Part shown: in pieces, positions 1 to 8,647 of the stretch
Position numbering within the stretch: the stretch's first letter is position 1
Layout of the letters: every line of letters begins with the position of its first letter
Origin: a virus
Taxonomy: Duplodnaviria > Caudoviricetes
Length of the DNA: 35,229 nucleotides
Reading direction: 5' to 3' (one strand)
IMG/VR virus record: IMGVR_UViG_3300025018_002594
Coordinates: 1 to 35,229 of that record
Translations under genes and position numbers: made by a program
Notes under the pieces: generated by a model
Database searches by the model: none
What the model was told of the DNA's origin: nothing
What the model saw: only the letters and a program-made list of their open reading frames with translations

Positions 1-1227
1 GTAGTAGCGCATCTGCTTACTACGTTTTTGCCAAACGAACTCACCACCGGTACGATAAGTATCACAAAAGACACAGAGCTTGACGATTTTGATTTGAGCA
101 AAACACAATACGACTTACAAAACGTATTGCAAGCGCTTGCCGATATTGAGGGTGATGTGATATGGGGCGTAGACGAAGACAATGCGGTGTACTTTATATC
201 GCGTGACGAGACGGTACAGAATACAGTTTACGTTAAGACCACCGATATTGCCAGCACGGACACGAATGTTGCATCGCAAATAACGCGCACGAAGTTGCGC
301 GACGGTATTACAAAAGTAAAAGTCGAAGCGGAAGAAGACTTCGAGACGGAAACGAAAGCAGACCGTACAGGCTTGTGGTCGCGCAGTGCGGTTACGCAAG
401 GCGGCGGCGTGCAGGTTAGTATTGCAATTGACCATCGTGTTGTAACGATTGAAGTGGGTGAAGGCTCGCCGGAGATAGGAACGACAAAGGCATGGATAGA
501 TACGTATGCAACGTTAGCCGCATGGCTTGTAGACTTCCCAACTTTGCAATGGTTGTACATCAACAAAGATAGATTTAATACCGCAACGATTGCAAGTATT
601 TTGCGACTCTTGCGCATGGCGCGTCGCAGTGCAACAACTACCGATGGCGTTACGACCAAGAGTGTTAGCGGCCCGCGCCCGCGCTTGGTTGTTAAAACAT
701 TTGCGGGCATTAAAACGCATACGCTTGCCGCACAAGCCGCTGCCAATTGGATGTTGAAATACACGCCGACGCCCGAACGTTGGAGCATCACATTAGAGAA
801 TGTGGATACGCTTATTAAACCGGGTCAAGGTTTCATACGCGTTATTGCGCAGACTGGCGAACGCAGAGACCTAGAAGTGCAAAGCGTAAGTTATTCGTTC
901 GAGGATACCGTCACATGCAATATTGTTGCGGGCGATCCGGTGTTTGATGAAGAGGAAGAAAAGCGTACTAACATGGATGCGCTGATTGCACAATCCATGC
1001 GACGCAGACCCCCGCCAATGGTAATCAATTCAAAAGGTGCAATTCATAAAATTTTATTATTCACCAAAGACGACGCAGTACCAGCGCGTTGTGGTAATGG
1101 TACCGTGGCCGAAGAACTACTTAGCGGACAGGGGCAAATCATGGCCGCGCCCGCAGACCATACGCATGTGCTTGACGTAGATGAAATGCTTAACCGCGTT
1201 GTGTGGAAAGATTATGGCGGCGCATAG
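1..1227 (+). CDS. Phage tail protein, possibly baseplate hub/Tal-like (5' truncated by window)
   Basis: Frame 1 is open from base 1, so the TTG at 28 is probably not the true start. The segment 'LQNVLQALADIEGDVIWGVDEDNAVYFISRD' and the later 'LEVQSVSYSF..TCNIVAGD' resemble hub/late-control tail proteins. Lies upstream of fibre-like and lysis genes. Confidence 0.45.
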   Translation, partial: VVAHLLTTFLPNELTTGTISITKDTELDDFDLSKTQYDLQNVLQALADIEGDVIWGVDEDNAVYFISRDETVQNTVYVKTTDIASTDTNVASQITRTKLRDGITKVKVEAEEDFETETKADRTGLWSRSAVTQGGGVQVSIAIDHRVVTIEVGEGSPEIGTTKAWIDTYATLAAWLVDFPTLQWLYINKDRFNTATIASILRLLRMARRSATTTDGVTTKSVSGPRPRLVVKTFAGIKTHTLAAQAAANWMLKYTPTPERWSITLENVDTLIKPGQGFIRVIAQTGERRDLEVQSVSYSFEDTVTCNIVAGDPVFDEEEEKRTNMDALIAQSMRRRPPPMVINSKGAIHKILLFTKDDAVPARCGNGTVAEELLSGQGQIMAAPADHTHVLDVDEMLNRVVWKDYGGA

Positions 1228-1239
1228 AGGCATTATGTA

Positions 1240-2613
1240 ATGGGCAATCCAAACTCATATCGTGCAACGAATCCAAGCAGCGACCAGATTGTTGGGTTGA
1301 TGCGGCGCGTGAATGCGCTGGAATCAGCGACATCTTTATACACATTGCTATTATCGTGGGGGAATCACGGTTCAGGTGACGGGCAGTTTAATATACCTAT
1401 TGGTATTGCAATCGATTCGAGCGGTTATATTTATGTTGTAGATATGCTTAATTACCGTATTCAAAAGTTTACGCCCACCGGTACGTTTATTACGAAATGG
1501 GGAAGTAGAGGTAATGGCGACGGGCAGTTTGAACAGTCAGGTGCCGGCGCTGGAATGGGCGACGTTGTAATTGATTCTGTTGGTTATGTATATGTTTGTG
1601 ATGCATTCCATTGGCGTATACAAAAATTTAATGCAGGTGGCACGTTCATCGCGAAGTGGGGAAGTTCTGGTTCAGGTAATGGGAATTTTAATGGTATATG
1701 GAGTATCGCTGTTGATTCAAACGACAATATTTATGTGGTAGATTTGTTTAATTTTCGTATTCAAAAGTTTACGTCTACTGGTACGTTCATCACAAAATGG
1801 GGGAGTCAAGGTACTGGTGATGGGCAGTTTGATTTTTCTAACGGTAGTATAGGCCGGGGTGGTATTACGGTTGATTCAAACGACAATATTTATGTTGCAG
1901 ACGCGTTTAATTCCCGTGTGCAAAAGTTTACGTCTACTGGTACATTTATTGCGAAATGGGGAAGTCAAGGTACTGGTGACGGGCAGTTTGCATCTGCGGA
2001 TATAATTGCGGTCGATTCAAATGATAATGTCTATGTTGGTGATCATACTGCAAAACGTATTCAAAAGTTTACATCTACCGGTACATTTCTTGGGCAGTGG
2101 AGCCTTGTATATACACCGCATGGTATTGATATTGATGCAAGTGGATATATCTACATATCGCGTAATAATGATGCTATTGATAAATATGAAATCAGTGTGC
2201 CTGCACCTGCCAGTGAGACCACATTCACGCGCTACAATCGTGACGCTACAGCCTCAGCGCTTGGTACGCCGGATGGTGGTGCAAGTATTCCGTCATTAGC
2301 TGCATTGAACAAAGCGAACAACGCTGAGCTTGACCCGAAGCATCTCACCGATATGCGCACAGCCATTCAAACGCTCGCGCCGTATTATACAAACGCAGTG
2401 ACCGGTAATCCATTCAATTGGACCGCATCGCACGCAGATAATCTTTACTATGTCGCAATGGGCGACCGTACCAAGTACGGCGCAACGGGCGGCGCAAAAT
2501 ATACTTGGACCCGTACGCGGGCGCAAATGCTCAGCGATGGCAACATGTACGATATAGACATTGGCGAGATTGAAGAGTGCATTACTAAACTGGAAGCCAG
2601 CGCGTTGGTTTAG
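1240..2613 (+). CDS. NHL-repeat (6-bladed beta-propeller) protein in the tail module, possible receptor-binding protein
   Basis: About six repeats of 'IAVDSxxNIYVxDxxNxRIQKFTSTGTFIxKWGSxGxGDGQF', flanked by non-repeat N- and C-terminal segments. GAGG upstream of the ATG. Confidence 0.85.
   Translation: MGNPNSYRATNPSSDQIVGLMRRVNALESATSLYTLLLSWGNHGSGDGQFNIPIGIAIDSSGYIYVVDMLNYRIQKFTPTGTFITKWGSRGNGDGQFEQSGAGAGMGDVVIDSVGYVYVCDAFHWRIQKFNAGGTFIAKWGSSGSGNGNFNGIWSIAVDSNDNIYVVDLFNFRIQKFTSTGTFITKWGSQGTGDGQFDFSNGSIGRGGITVDSNDNIYVADAFNSRVQKFTSTGTFIAKWGSQGTGDGQFASADIIAVDSNDNVYVGDHTAKRIQKFTSTGTFLGQWSLVYTPHGIDIDASGYIYISRNNDAIDKYEISVPAPASETTFTRYNRDATASALGTPDGGASIPSLAALNKANNAELDPKHLTDMRTAIQTLAPYYTNAVTGNPFNWTASHADNLYYVAMGDRTKYGATGGAKYTWTRTRAQMLSDGNMYDIDIGEIEECITKLEASALV
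1340..2190 (+). repeat. Degenerate intragenic repeats (about 140-160 bp period) encoding the NHL blades
   Basis: ttgattcaaacgacaatatttatgt occurs near 1712 and 1871; caaaagtttacgtctactggtac occurs near 1762 and 1921. Confidence 0.85.
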
Positions 2614-2675
2614 CGTTTGGATAATATACAACGCCTGCGATAGCATGTGCATGTGAATAAAGGAGAAAGTACATT

Positions 2676-4139
2676 ATGAGATTCAAACGATTCGTTGCGA
2701 TGCTCTGTACGGCGTTTGCGTTCTGTATGCCGGTGTCCGCACAGCAAGGTACAAAAAATTTAGTCAACGATAGTGGCGCGGCGGTTACGCAGTACGCAGT
2801 TGTTGTTGGTGGCACGACAGTCAATAGCACATTCTCCACGACCACCACTGCAGATGATAATCAAGTAGTCGGCGTTGTGCTTGACGCCAGTGTATCAAAT
2901 GGCGTTGCGGGATTGATTGCAACGACCGGCGTTACCAAAGTGCAAGTCACAGGCGCAGTTGCGCGCGGGGATTTCCTAGGCACGCATACCGTAGCAGGTA
3001 AAGCAATCTCAAACGGTACAGACCCAAGCGGCTCGTTTGGTTTTGCGTTGGAAGCAGGCACAGACACCACCGTGCGTTGCATGTTGATGACGCCACAAGG
3101 TGCAAATCCTGCAAGTAGCATGCGCTTGAACGATGACAAAGAGATTCAATTTGGCGACGCGCAAGAAATCCGTTTGGATTATGACAATGCAACGAACAAA
3201 CTAGAATTCACAGACGGCACAAATATTCTAGCGACGCTGACCGACGCGGGCACGACGGGCAACTTCGCGGCGACGGGGACGTTGATAGCGACTGGTGGCA
3301 TAACAGGTACGCCCATTTCCGGCTCGACAGGAGCGTTCACAACTCTGTCAAGCAGCGGCCTCACCACGGCGAACAGCTTGACCGTTACGAACGACCTGCT
3401 CGTTGACGGCGGGGATATCGGGATAACGGCGGACACTGACCTGCTCGGGCTGGCGTCGGGCGCGCTCACGGTGCGCGGCACGCTGACAGCAACCGGCGCG
3501 ATGACAGCGCAAAGCACATTGGAAGTAACCGCCGATACGACAGTCGGCACGAACGCCGGCACGACGCGATACTTGATTTTGAACTCGGCGCAAAGTAACG
3601 CAAGGCATATCCTATATCAGACGGCAGGGGTTTTGCGCTGGCAACTTGGGGCGAACAGCACGGCGGAATCAGGCGGTAATGCTGGTTCAAACTATACGCT
3701 GACCGCATACGGCGATACTGGTACGTTCATCGACCAGCCTATATTTATTGAGCGCGTTGCGGGCGGCACGATGACGCTATCGCGGCCCGTCACAATGACC
3801 GGCGACCTCGCCGTGAACGGCGGGGACCTTGGAATCACAGCGGACCCTAATTTAATAGGGCTGGCTGCGGACGCGCTCACGGTGAATGGTGCATTGACTA
3901 CGACGGGTAATGGCTGGTATAGCAACGGAGTGCTTACAATTGGAACCGCAAATGCTTCACGCGGGGCGCTCACACTGAATAACGGAAGCGGCACCACTAC
4001 TCCGGGCTATATTGCGCTAAAGTCATTGAGTGGCACAGCAACGGGTTATTTGTGGGTTGCCGCCGATGGTAAATTGAGGATACACACTGCTGTGCCTACA
4101 GCGGATACGGATGGCGTAGTGGTTGGTGCACAAACATAA
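2676..4139 (+). CDS. Fibre-like virion protein: N-terminal signal peptide, DUF2190/cement-like domain, Thr/Gly-rich beta-strand shaft
   Basis: MRFKRFVAMLCTAFAFCMPVSA-Q has signal-peptide form. 'VVGVVLDASVSNG..IATTGVTKVQVTGAVARGDFL..AGKA..FGFALEA' resembles DUF2190. Two copies of a 'GGD(I/L)GITAD..L.GLA..ALTV.G.LT.TG' unit. AAGGAG RBS. Confidence 0.6.
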   Translation: MRFKRFVAMLCTAFAFCMPVSAQQGTKNLVNDSGAAVTQYAVVVGGTTVNSTFSTTTTADDNQVVGVVLDASVSNGVAGLIATTGVTKVQVTGAVARGDFLGTHTVAGKAISNGTDPSGSFGFALEAGTDTTVRCMLMTPQGANPASSMRLNDDKEIQFGDAQEIRLDYDNATNKLEFTDGTNILATLTDAGTTGNFAATGTLIATGGITGTPISGSTGAFTTLSSSGLTTANSLTVTNDLLVDGGDIGITADTDLLGLASGALTVRGTLTATGAMTAQSTLEVTADTTVGTNAGTTRYLILNSAQSNARHILYQTAGVLRWQLGANSTAESGGNAGSNYTLTAYGDTGTFIDQPIFIERVAGGTMTLSRPVTMTGDLAVNGGDLGITADPNLIGLAADALTVNGALTTTGNGWYSNGVLTIGTANASRGALTLNNGSGTTTPGYIALKSLSGTATGYLWVAADGKLRIHTAVPTADTDGVVVGAQT

Positions 4140-4153
4140 AAGGAACTCACACC

Positions 4154-4561
4154 ATGAAAAAGATACTCACACTCTCAATTATTATCGCGCTCACGCTGGC
4201 GCTCACGCCCGTCATGGCGCAGCCGGACAGAACTACGCCCGCACCCAAGCCCACCGCACAGGACCGGCGCGTTGCGCGGGTACAGGTGCTCATGGACCAG
4301 ATGCCCGCCGAAAGCATTGTTGCGTTGAACACGGCGCTGGACGTCATACAAACGGAGCTAACCGCCAAGGGTAGCACCATGAAAGCCAAGCGCATCGTTT
4401 TTGATGCGCTCGAAAATCTCTGGCAGGTGAAGGCACTCCAAGCGCAACGCGACCAGATACTGTCAAACGAAATTGCAGCAGACGGCGACCCGATTATCGA
4501 GGCGCTAGAATCCCAAATCATCACAATCGACGCAACCCGCGCAGCGGAATTCGGGCGATAA
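4154..4561 (+). CDS. Secreted helical/coiled-coil hypothetical protein
   Basis: Classic Sec signal MKKILTLSIIIALTLALTPVMA-Q, AAGGA RBS, heptad-like C-terminus. Confidence 0.7.
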   Translation: MKKILTLSIIIALTLALTPVMAQPDRTTPAPKPTAQDRRVARVQVLMDQMPAESIVALNTALDVIQTELTAKGSTMKAKRIVFDALENLWQVKALQAQRDQILSNEIAADGDPIIEALESQIITIDATRAAEFGR

Positions 4562-4573
4562 GGAGGCTCTACG

Positions 4574-4903
4574 ATGACCCCACCGAAACGCAGACAGACA
4601 GACGCGGAAGACGACGTGCGTGAGTGTGCGAGCCTCTGGAAAAGGATAGCGATATGGGCGACGACCGCGCTGGTAGCAACCGGCGGCGGCATCGGCGGGT
4701 ATCGCGCTCTCGACACGCACAGCATCCAGCAAAACGCAACGGGAAGCGCACAGGCCGCCGCATTCGACGCTGGCCGCGTGCAACTAGATCGAGCAATAGC
4801 GGACATATCTGAGTTGAACGTCAAGATGGAGAAAGTTCAAACCGCGATAGCCCGTATTGAGGGCAACGTCGCCTACCTCGTGCGTGAGGGTGCGGGCCGA
4901 TGA
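4574..4903 (+). CDS. Small membrane protein with coiled coil (holin/XhlA-like candidate)
   Basis: One hydrophobic segment (IAIWATTALVATGGGIGGY) then a coiled coil (ISELNVKMEKVQTAIARIEG). AGGAGG RBS. Stop overlaps the endolysin start (ATGA). Confidence 0.5.
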   Translation: MTPPKRRQTDAEDDVRECASLWKRIAIWATTALVATGGGIGGYRALDTHSIQQNATGSAQAAAFDAGRVQLDRAIADISELNVKMEKVQTAIARIEGNVAYLVREGAGR

Positions 4904-5652
4904 CGCTCGACAAGTATCTCCGCGCCGAATACGAACGATTGTTTCGCACCTGCCAGATTGAAACAAAACGGCGTATCTTTGTTGACACAATTGCGATGCG
5001 TATCGAGCAATCGCGTACGCGTTATCTTGCTGCGGTACATGATACAATAATTCCATGGTGGTTTGTGGGTGTGATTCATATGTTGGAATCAAATGGTTCA
5101 TTCAATAAGCATCTTCATAATGGCGACCCGTTAGACAAGCGTACCGTTCAAGTTCCTATCGGTAGACCGATTAAGGGCGAGCCGCCGTTCACTTGGGAAG
5201 CCAGCGCGTATGATGCGTTACATTATGCCGAATTGCATCGTGTGCGCAATTGGGGTATTGCACAAACATTATATCGCCTTGAGGCGTACAATGGATGGGG
5301 TTACAGACGATACGGAATCAACTCGCCTTACCTGTGGAGCTACACGAATCACTACACGGCGGGGAAATACGTTTCAGACGGCAAGTTTTCCGCAACCGCC
5401 ATATCGCAACAGGCGGGCGCGGCTGCAATTATTCGACGCTTGAATGAACGTGGTTTAGCAATAACGTCTTCTGCATGGAAGCCTGTGCAATTTTCTGTGG
5501 CAGTTGTATCGGAAGCGTTTATTTTGCAGACGTTTTTGAATGAGCACACGGGCGCTGCGTTGCGCGTTGACGGGCGTGCGGGTGAACGTACGTCTGATGC
5601 GTTTAATGCGGCGTTCGGTATGTACCTTCGCGGCGACCCGAGAAGCGTGTAA
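4900..5652 (+). CDS. Endolysin, lysozyme family (COG5526-like) with C-terminal peptidoglycan-binding-like segment
   Basis: Motifs PWWFVGVIHMLES, HLHNGDPL, PFTWE, LEAYNGWGY, SPYLWSYTNHYTAGKYVSDG. C-terminal 'LQTFLN...LRVDGRAGERT' resembles PG_binding_1. Confidence 0.85.
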   Translation: MTLDKYLRAEYERLFRTCQIETKRRIFVDTIAMRIEQSRTRYLAAVHDTIIPWWFVGVIHMLESNGSFNKHLHNGDPLDKRTVQVPIGRPIKGEPPFTWEASAYDALHYAELHRVRNWGIAQTLYRLEAYNGWGYRRYGINSPYLWSYTNHYTAGKYVSDGKFSATAISQQAGAAAIIRRLNERGLAITSSAWKPVQFSVAVVSEAFILQTFLNEHTGAALRVDGRAGERTSDAFNAAFGMYLRGDPRSV

Positions 5653-5653
5653 T

Positions 5654-6169
5654 ATGGGCGTGCATATCACAACTGGTAATGATGTGTTGCACATGCAGTT
5701 CTTTCTTTCTGGTATGCACCACTTCGAACACCCCGCTGAGAAACGTTTATATCGTATCGAAGTAGATGTGCTGCATTTCGCGCCTGCTATTGTGCTTGAT
5801 GCGTGGCAGATGGATGCGGGCGTTATAAACTGGACAGGCACGCGTACACAGCGTATGCAGCGATGGAGTACCGTAGAGATTTTTGCGCTTACGCGAGAAA
5901 CAATTTGTCGTGAATTCCCAACCGGCTCTACTGCGATGTATTTATTTGCGGCACGATTCAAGGCAATCATGAATAATGTTAATGCCGAAATTAAAGTCAT
6001 GACACCGCGCGCCTTTGCGGAAGATGGCTCGATAATCCCTACAGAAGTCTTGCACGGTAACATGGTCATTGTGAATCAGAAGCCTGTGTTGAGTTTAAGC
6101 TATGAGATGATGACGCGTGTGTATGCGCTCACGCGAAACCCGCCGGTCTATTCAGAGGGAGGAGTATAA
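5654..6169 (+). CDS. Hypothetical protein in the lysis cassette
   Basis: ATG 1 nt after the endolysin stop; fills the gap to the next gene. No motif recognised. Confidence 0.6.
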   Translation: MGVHITTGNDVLHMQFFLSGMHHFEHPAEKRLYRIEVDVLHFAPAIVLDAWQMDAGVINWTGTRTQRMQRWSTVEIFALTRETICREFPTGSTAMYLFAARFKAIMNNVNAEIKVMTPRAFAEDGSIIPTEVLHGNMVIVNQKPVLSLSYEMMTRVYALTRNPPVYSEGGV

Positions 6170-6172
6170 ATT

Positions 6173-6589
6173 ATGCAAACGATACAACGTATTTTAGAGG
6201 TCGTATTCACAAATGAAAATATATTTACCGCCATTGCGCTGGTAGTCAGTACATTGTGGGCATACATTAAGCGGCAGGATTTTCGTGACGGTAAACTTGC
6301 GTTTGAGAAACAGGTTGCTATCGAAGCCATCGAATCCGGTGTAACGAGAACATATCATCAGTTTGTAAAGGCGCGTAAGTTTGCAAACAACGATGGCAAA
6401 TTGACCGAAGATGAAAAGAAGCAAGCGGTTATTTCTACACTGAACTTTGCCAAAGATTTAGCGAAGCAGCAAGGCGTTGAACTTACAAGCACGATGACAG
6501 AGCATTATGCGCGTGTGCTCATTGAGGCAACGGTAGAACGCCTTAAGACCGGTGCAGCTCTTGCGTCTGAAAATACATTGCCTGTATAA
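6173..6589 (+). CDS. Putative holin (LL-H-like)
   Basis: Single N-terminal TM segment (IFTAIALVVSTLWAYI) followed by 'KLTEDEKKQAV...LIEATV', resembling LL-H family holins. GGAGGAG RBS. Confidence 0.6.
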   Translation: MQTIQRILEVVFTNENIFTAIALVVSTLWAYIKRQDFRDGKLAFEKQVAIEAIESGVTRTYHQFVKARKFANNDGKLTEDEKKQAVISTLNFAKDLAKQQGVELTSTMTEHYARVLIEATVERLKTGAALASENTLPV

Positions 6590-6657
6590 CATAACGGGCA
6601 GCATAATATTAAGTAGGAGCATATTTGACGGGATAAATTTCGAGGGAGGCTGAAGTA

Positions 6658-7083
6658 ATGAAATGCGGTACGCGTGGAAAAAATCCTGAACGTTATACCA
6701 TGCTGCTGGATATCATCGAGCATCGTTATACTTTTACGGCATTGAAGCGTTCAATGCTGTTTCCATTTTTTGAATCAAATGACGTTACGTTTCTTAATCT
6801 TCTTATAGACGCACGCAATGCAATAGACGAGTGTTTCACTACCGGCGATCAAGTATTTCTTGAATATGTGCATTGCTCGCGACGCCTTAAAAAAATATAT
6901 CCGCGTCCGTGGTTGATTACCATACGCACATTCAAGTCCGCGCGTGAAGCAATGCAACGTTATGATCATTTTGAGAATGATTTTCTAGCTCCAAATGAAT
7001 TAGTTATTGAACCATTCTTTTCAGTCGAGTTGGAGTTTGCATACGTCGCGACGCTCGATGCCGCTTACGTATATGATGACTGA
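6658..7083 (+). CDS. Hypothetical protein
   Basis: 141-aa ORF with a GGAGG RBS, followed by a terminator. Confidence 0.65.
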   Translation: MKCGTRGKNPERYTMLLDIIEHRYTFTALKRSMLFPFFESNDVTFLNLLIDARNAIDECFTTGDQVFLEYVHCSRRLKKIYPRPWLITIRTFKSAREAMQRYDHFENDFLAPNELVIEPFFSVELEFAYVATLDAAYVYDD

Positions 7084-7126
7084 TTGATTAACTGATTGCA
7101 TTGTAACGTTTTTCGTTTAGTCTCTG

Positions 7127-7159
7127 CGCGTGCCTACCCAAAGGCGCGCGTTTGTTTTT
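7127..7159 (+). terminator. Rho-independent terminator ending the late/lysis transcript
   Basis: Stem cgcgtgcct / aggcgcgcg (9 bp, one G-U), 6-nt loop, then tttgttttt. Confidence 0.7.
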
Positions 7160-7201
7160 GGTACATATGCGCAAACAAAAAAATGGAAAGGGTAAAATGT
7201 T

Positions 7202-8605
7202 ATGTCTTCGCTTGATTCTCCAATTGCAAGTGTCTTTGGTATTCAGTATGAAGACCTCTTGCTTACGTGCTTAATCAAAGTACCAAACTTTCAGGCCGCG
7301 TATGGCACACACTTAAACGTGGATGTCTTTGATGGTGCGGGCAATCGTTGCATTCGTGAAGCGCACATTGCATTGTACAATGCGGGCCACCGTCACATCA
7401 CAACGCGCATGCTTAATATCCACTTGATTACGGAACGCAAGCGTACACGCGAATCATCCGAGCGCCACAATGTTTTGACGCTTGCACTCAAACGGCTCAA
7501 AGAAGTTCATAAACATAAAGTAAACGGAGATGAAGTACAATACGTTGAGGCAAAACTCACTGAGTTTCTACAACGACAGAATGTCATTGCAGTCTTGCTT
7601 GCGTCAGAAAGTTATGTCAACAAAGCAGACTATGATGGCTTGATTATTGCGCTACGCGACGCCACCCATATCGATGCCAATGCAGGCAGCAATGGCAACC
7701 TCACAAAACGATTGGGTATGAACTTCGCTGCGCCGACGTTGCGCATGAAACAATACATCTCGCGACGAAAAGAAGGCTCACATGTTACGACCGGGATTCC
7801 AATTCTAGATACATTAACCAATGGCGGTATCGCATCCGGTACGCTCACGCTTGTTATGGCTCCTACAGGGCGCGGTAAAACAATGATGCTCATTAACACG
7901 GCTGCCGCTGCAATGCACGCAGGCAAGCGTGTGGTACATATCACGTTGGAAATCAGCGCGCAGATAACCGCAATGCGTTACGATGCGCGATTGATTGGCG
8001 TGCCTATCAACGATATCTTTCGTAACCCGTTGCGATATACAAAACAAATCAAGCATGCGACGCGTGCGGTTACTGCAAACGGTGGCGGATTAGTTATCAA
8101 GGAATGGGGCAGTGCAGAAGCCGGACTGCGCGATATAGAATTGTATCTTGAGTTGCTACGTACGGAAACGCAATACAAACCAGATGTATTGATTGTGGAT
8201 TATGCTGATTTGATATGCCCTAGAGGACTCAAGCAGTCTTCGCGTGCGGAGAACGATAAACGGTTTGCGCTGGCAGAAATCACAACGCGCTTGCGACAAA
8301 TGGCAAAGGATTTAGATTGCGCGGTACTTTCCGCCACACAAACAAACCGTAAAGGCTATGCCGCCACTATCGTAGATTTAGATACCGTTGCGGAAAGCAT
8401 CGACAAAGTAAATATCGCCGATATTGTTATCGGTTTGTGTCAAACCAAAATGGAGCGTGAGAAGAAACTCATGCGATTAGTGTTATCAAAAAATCGATTG
8501 GGCGGGCGTGAAGGAATGATTATTGATTGTGATGTTAATACTGCAACGCAAACGATAACGCAACGCACAAAACAAATGGTACACCGTATCGAAGACTCAG
8601 AATGA
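7202..8605 (+). CDS. Replicative DNA helicase (DnaB / T4 gp41-like, SF4)
   Basis: Walker A APTGRGKT, 'HITLE', Walker B 'LIVDYAD', 'SATQTNR', 'KNR'. Confidence 0.92.
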   Translation: MSSLDSPIASVFGIQYEDLLLTCLIKVPNFQAAYGTHLNVDVFDGAGNRCIREAHIALYNAGHRHITTRMLNIHLITERKRTRESSERHNVLTLALKRLKEVHKHKVNGDEVQYVEAKLTEFLQRQNVIAVLLASESYVNKADYDGLIIALRDATHIDANAGSNGNLTKRLGMNFAAPTLRMKQYISRRKEGSHVTTGIPILDTLTNGGIASGTLTLVMAPTGRGKTMMLINTAAAAMHAGKRVVHITLEISAQITAMRYDARLIGVPINDIFRNPLRYTKQIKHATRAVTANGGGLVIKEWGSAEAGLRDIELYLELLRTETQYKPDVLIVDYADLICPRGLKQSSRAENDKRFALAEITTRLRQMAKDLDCAVLSATQTNRKGYAATIVDLDTVAESIDKVNIADIVIGLCQTKMEREKKLMRLVLSKNRLGGREGMIIDCDVNTATQTITQRTKQMVHRIEDSE

Positions 8606-8647
8606 TACAACGTTAATATATAATATAACGCTCTAGGAGGGCCTACA

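Noticed and set aside
1340-2190. Spaced DNA repeats that might suggest a CRISPR array or a DGR template/variable pair
   Set aside because: They are in-frame NHL protein repeats with no unique spacers and no adenine-specific mismatch pattern, and no reverse transcriptase or cas gene is present in the window.
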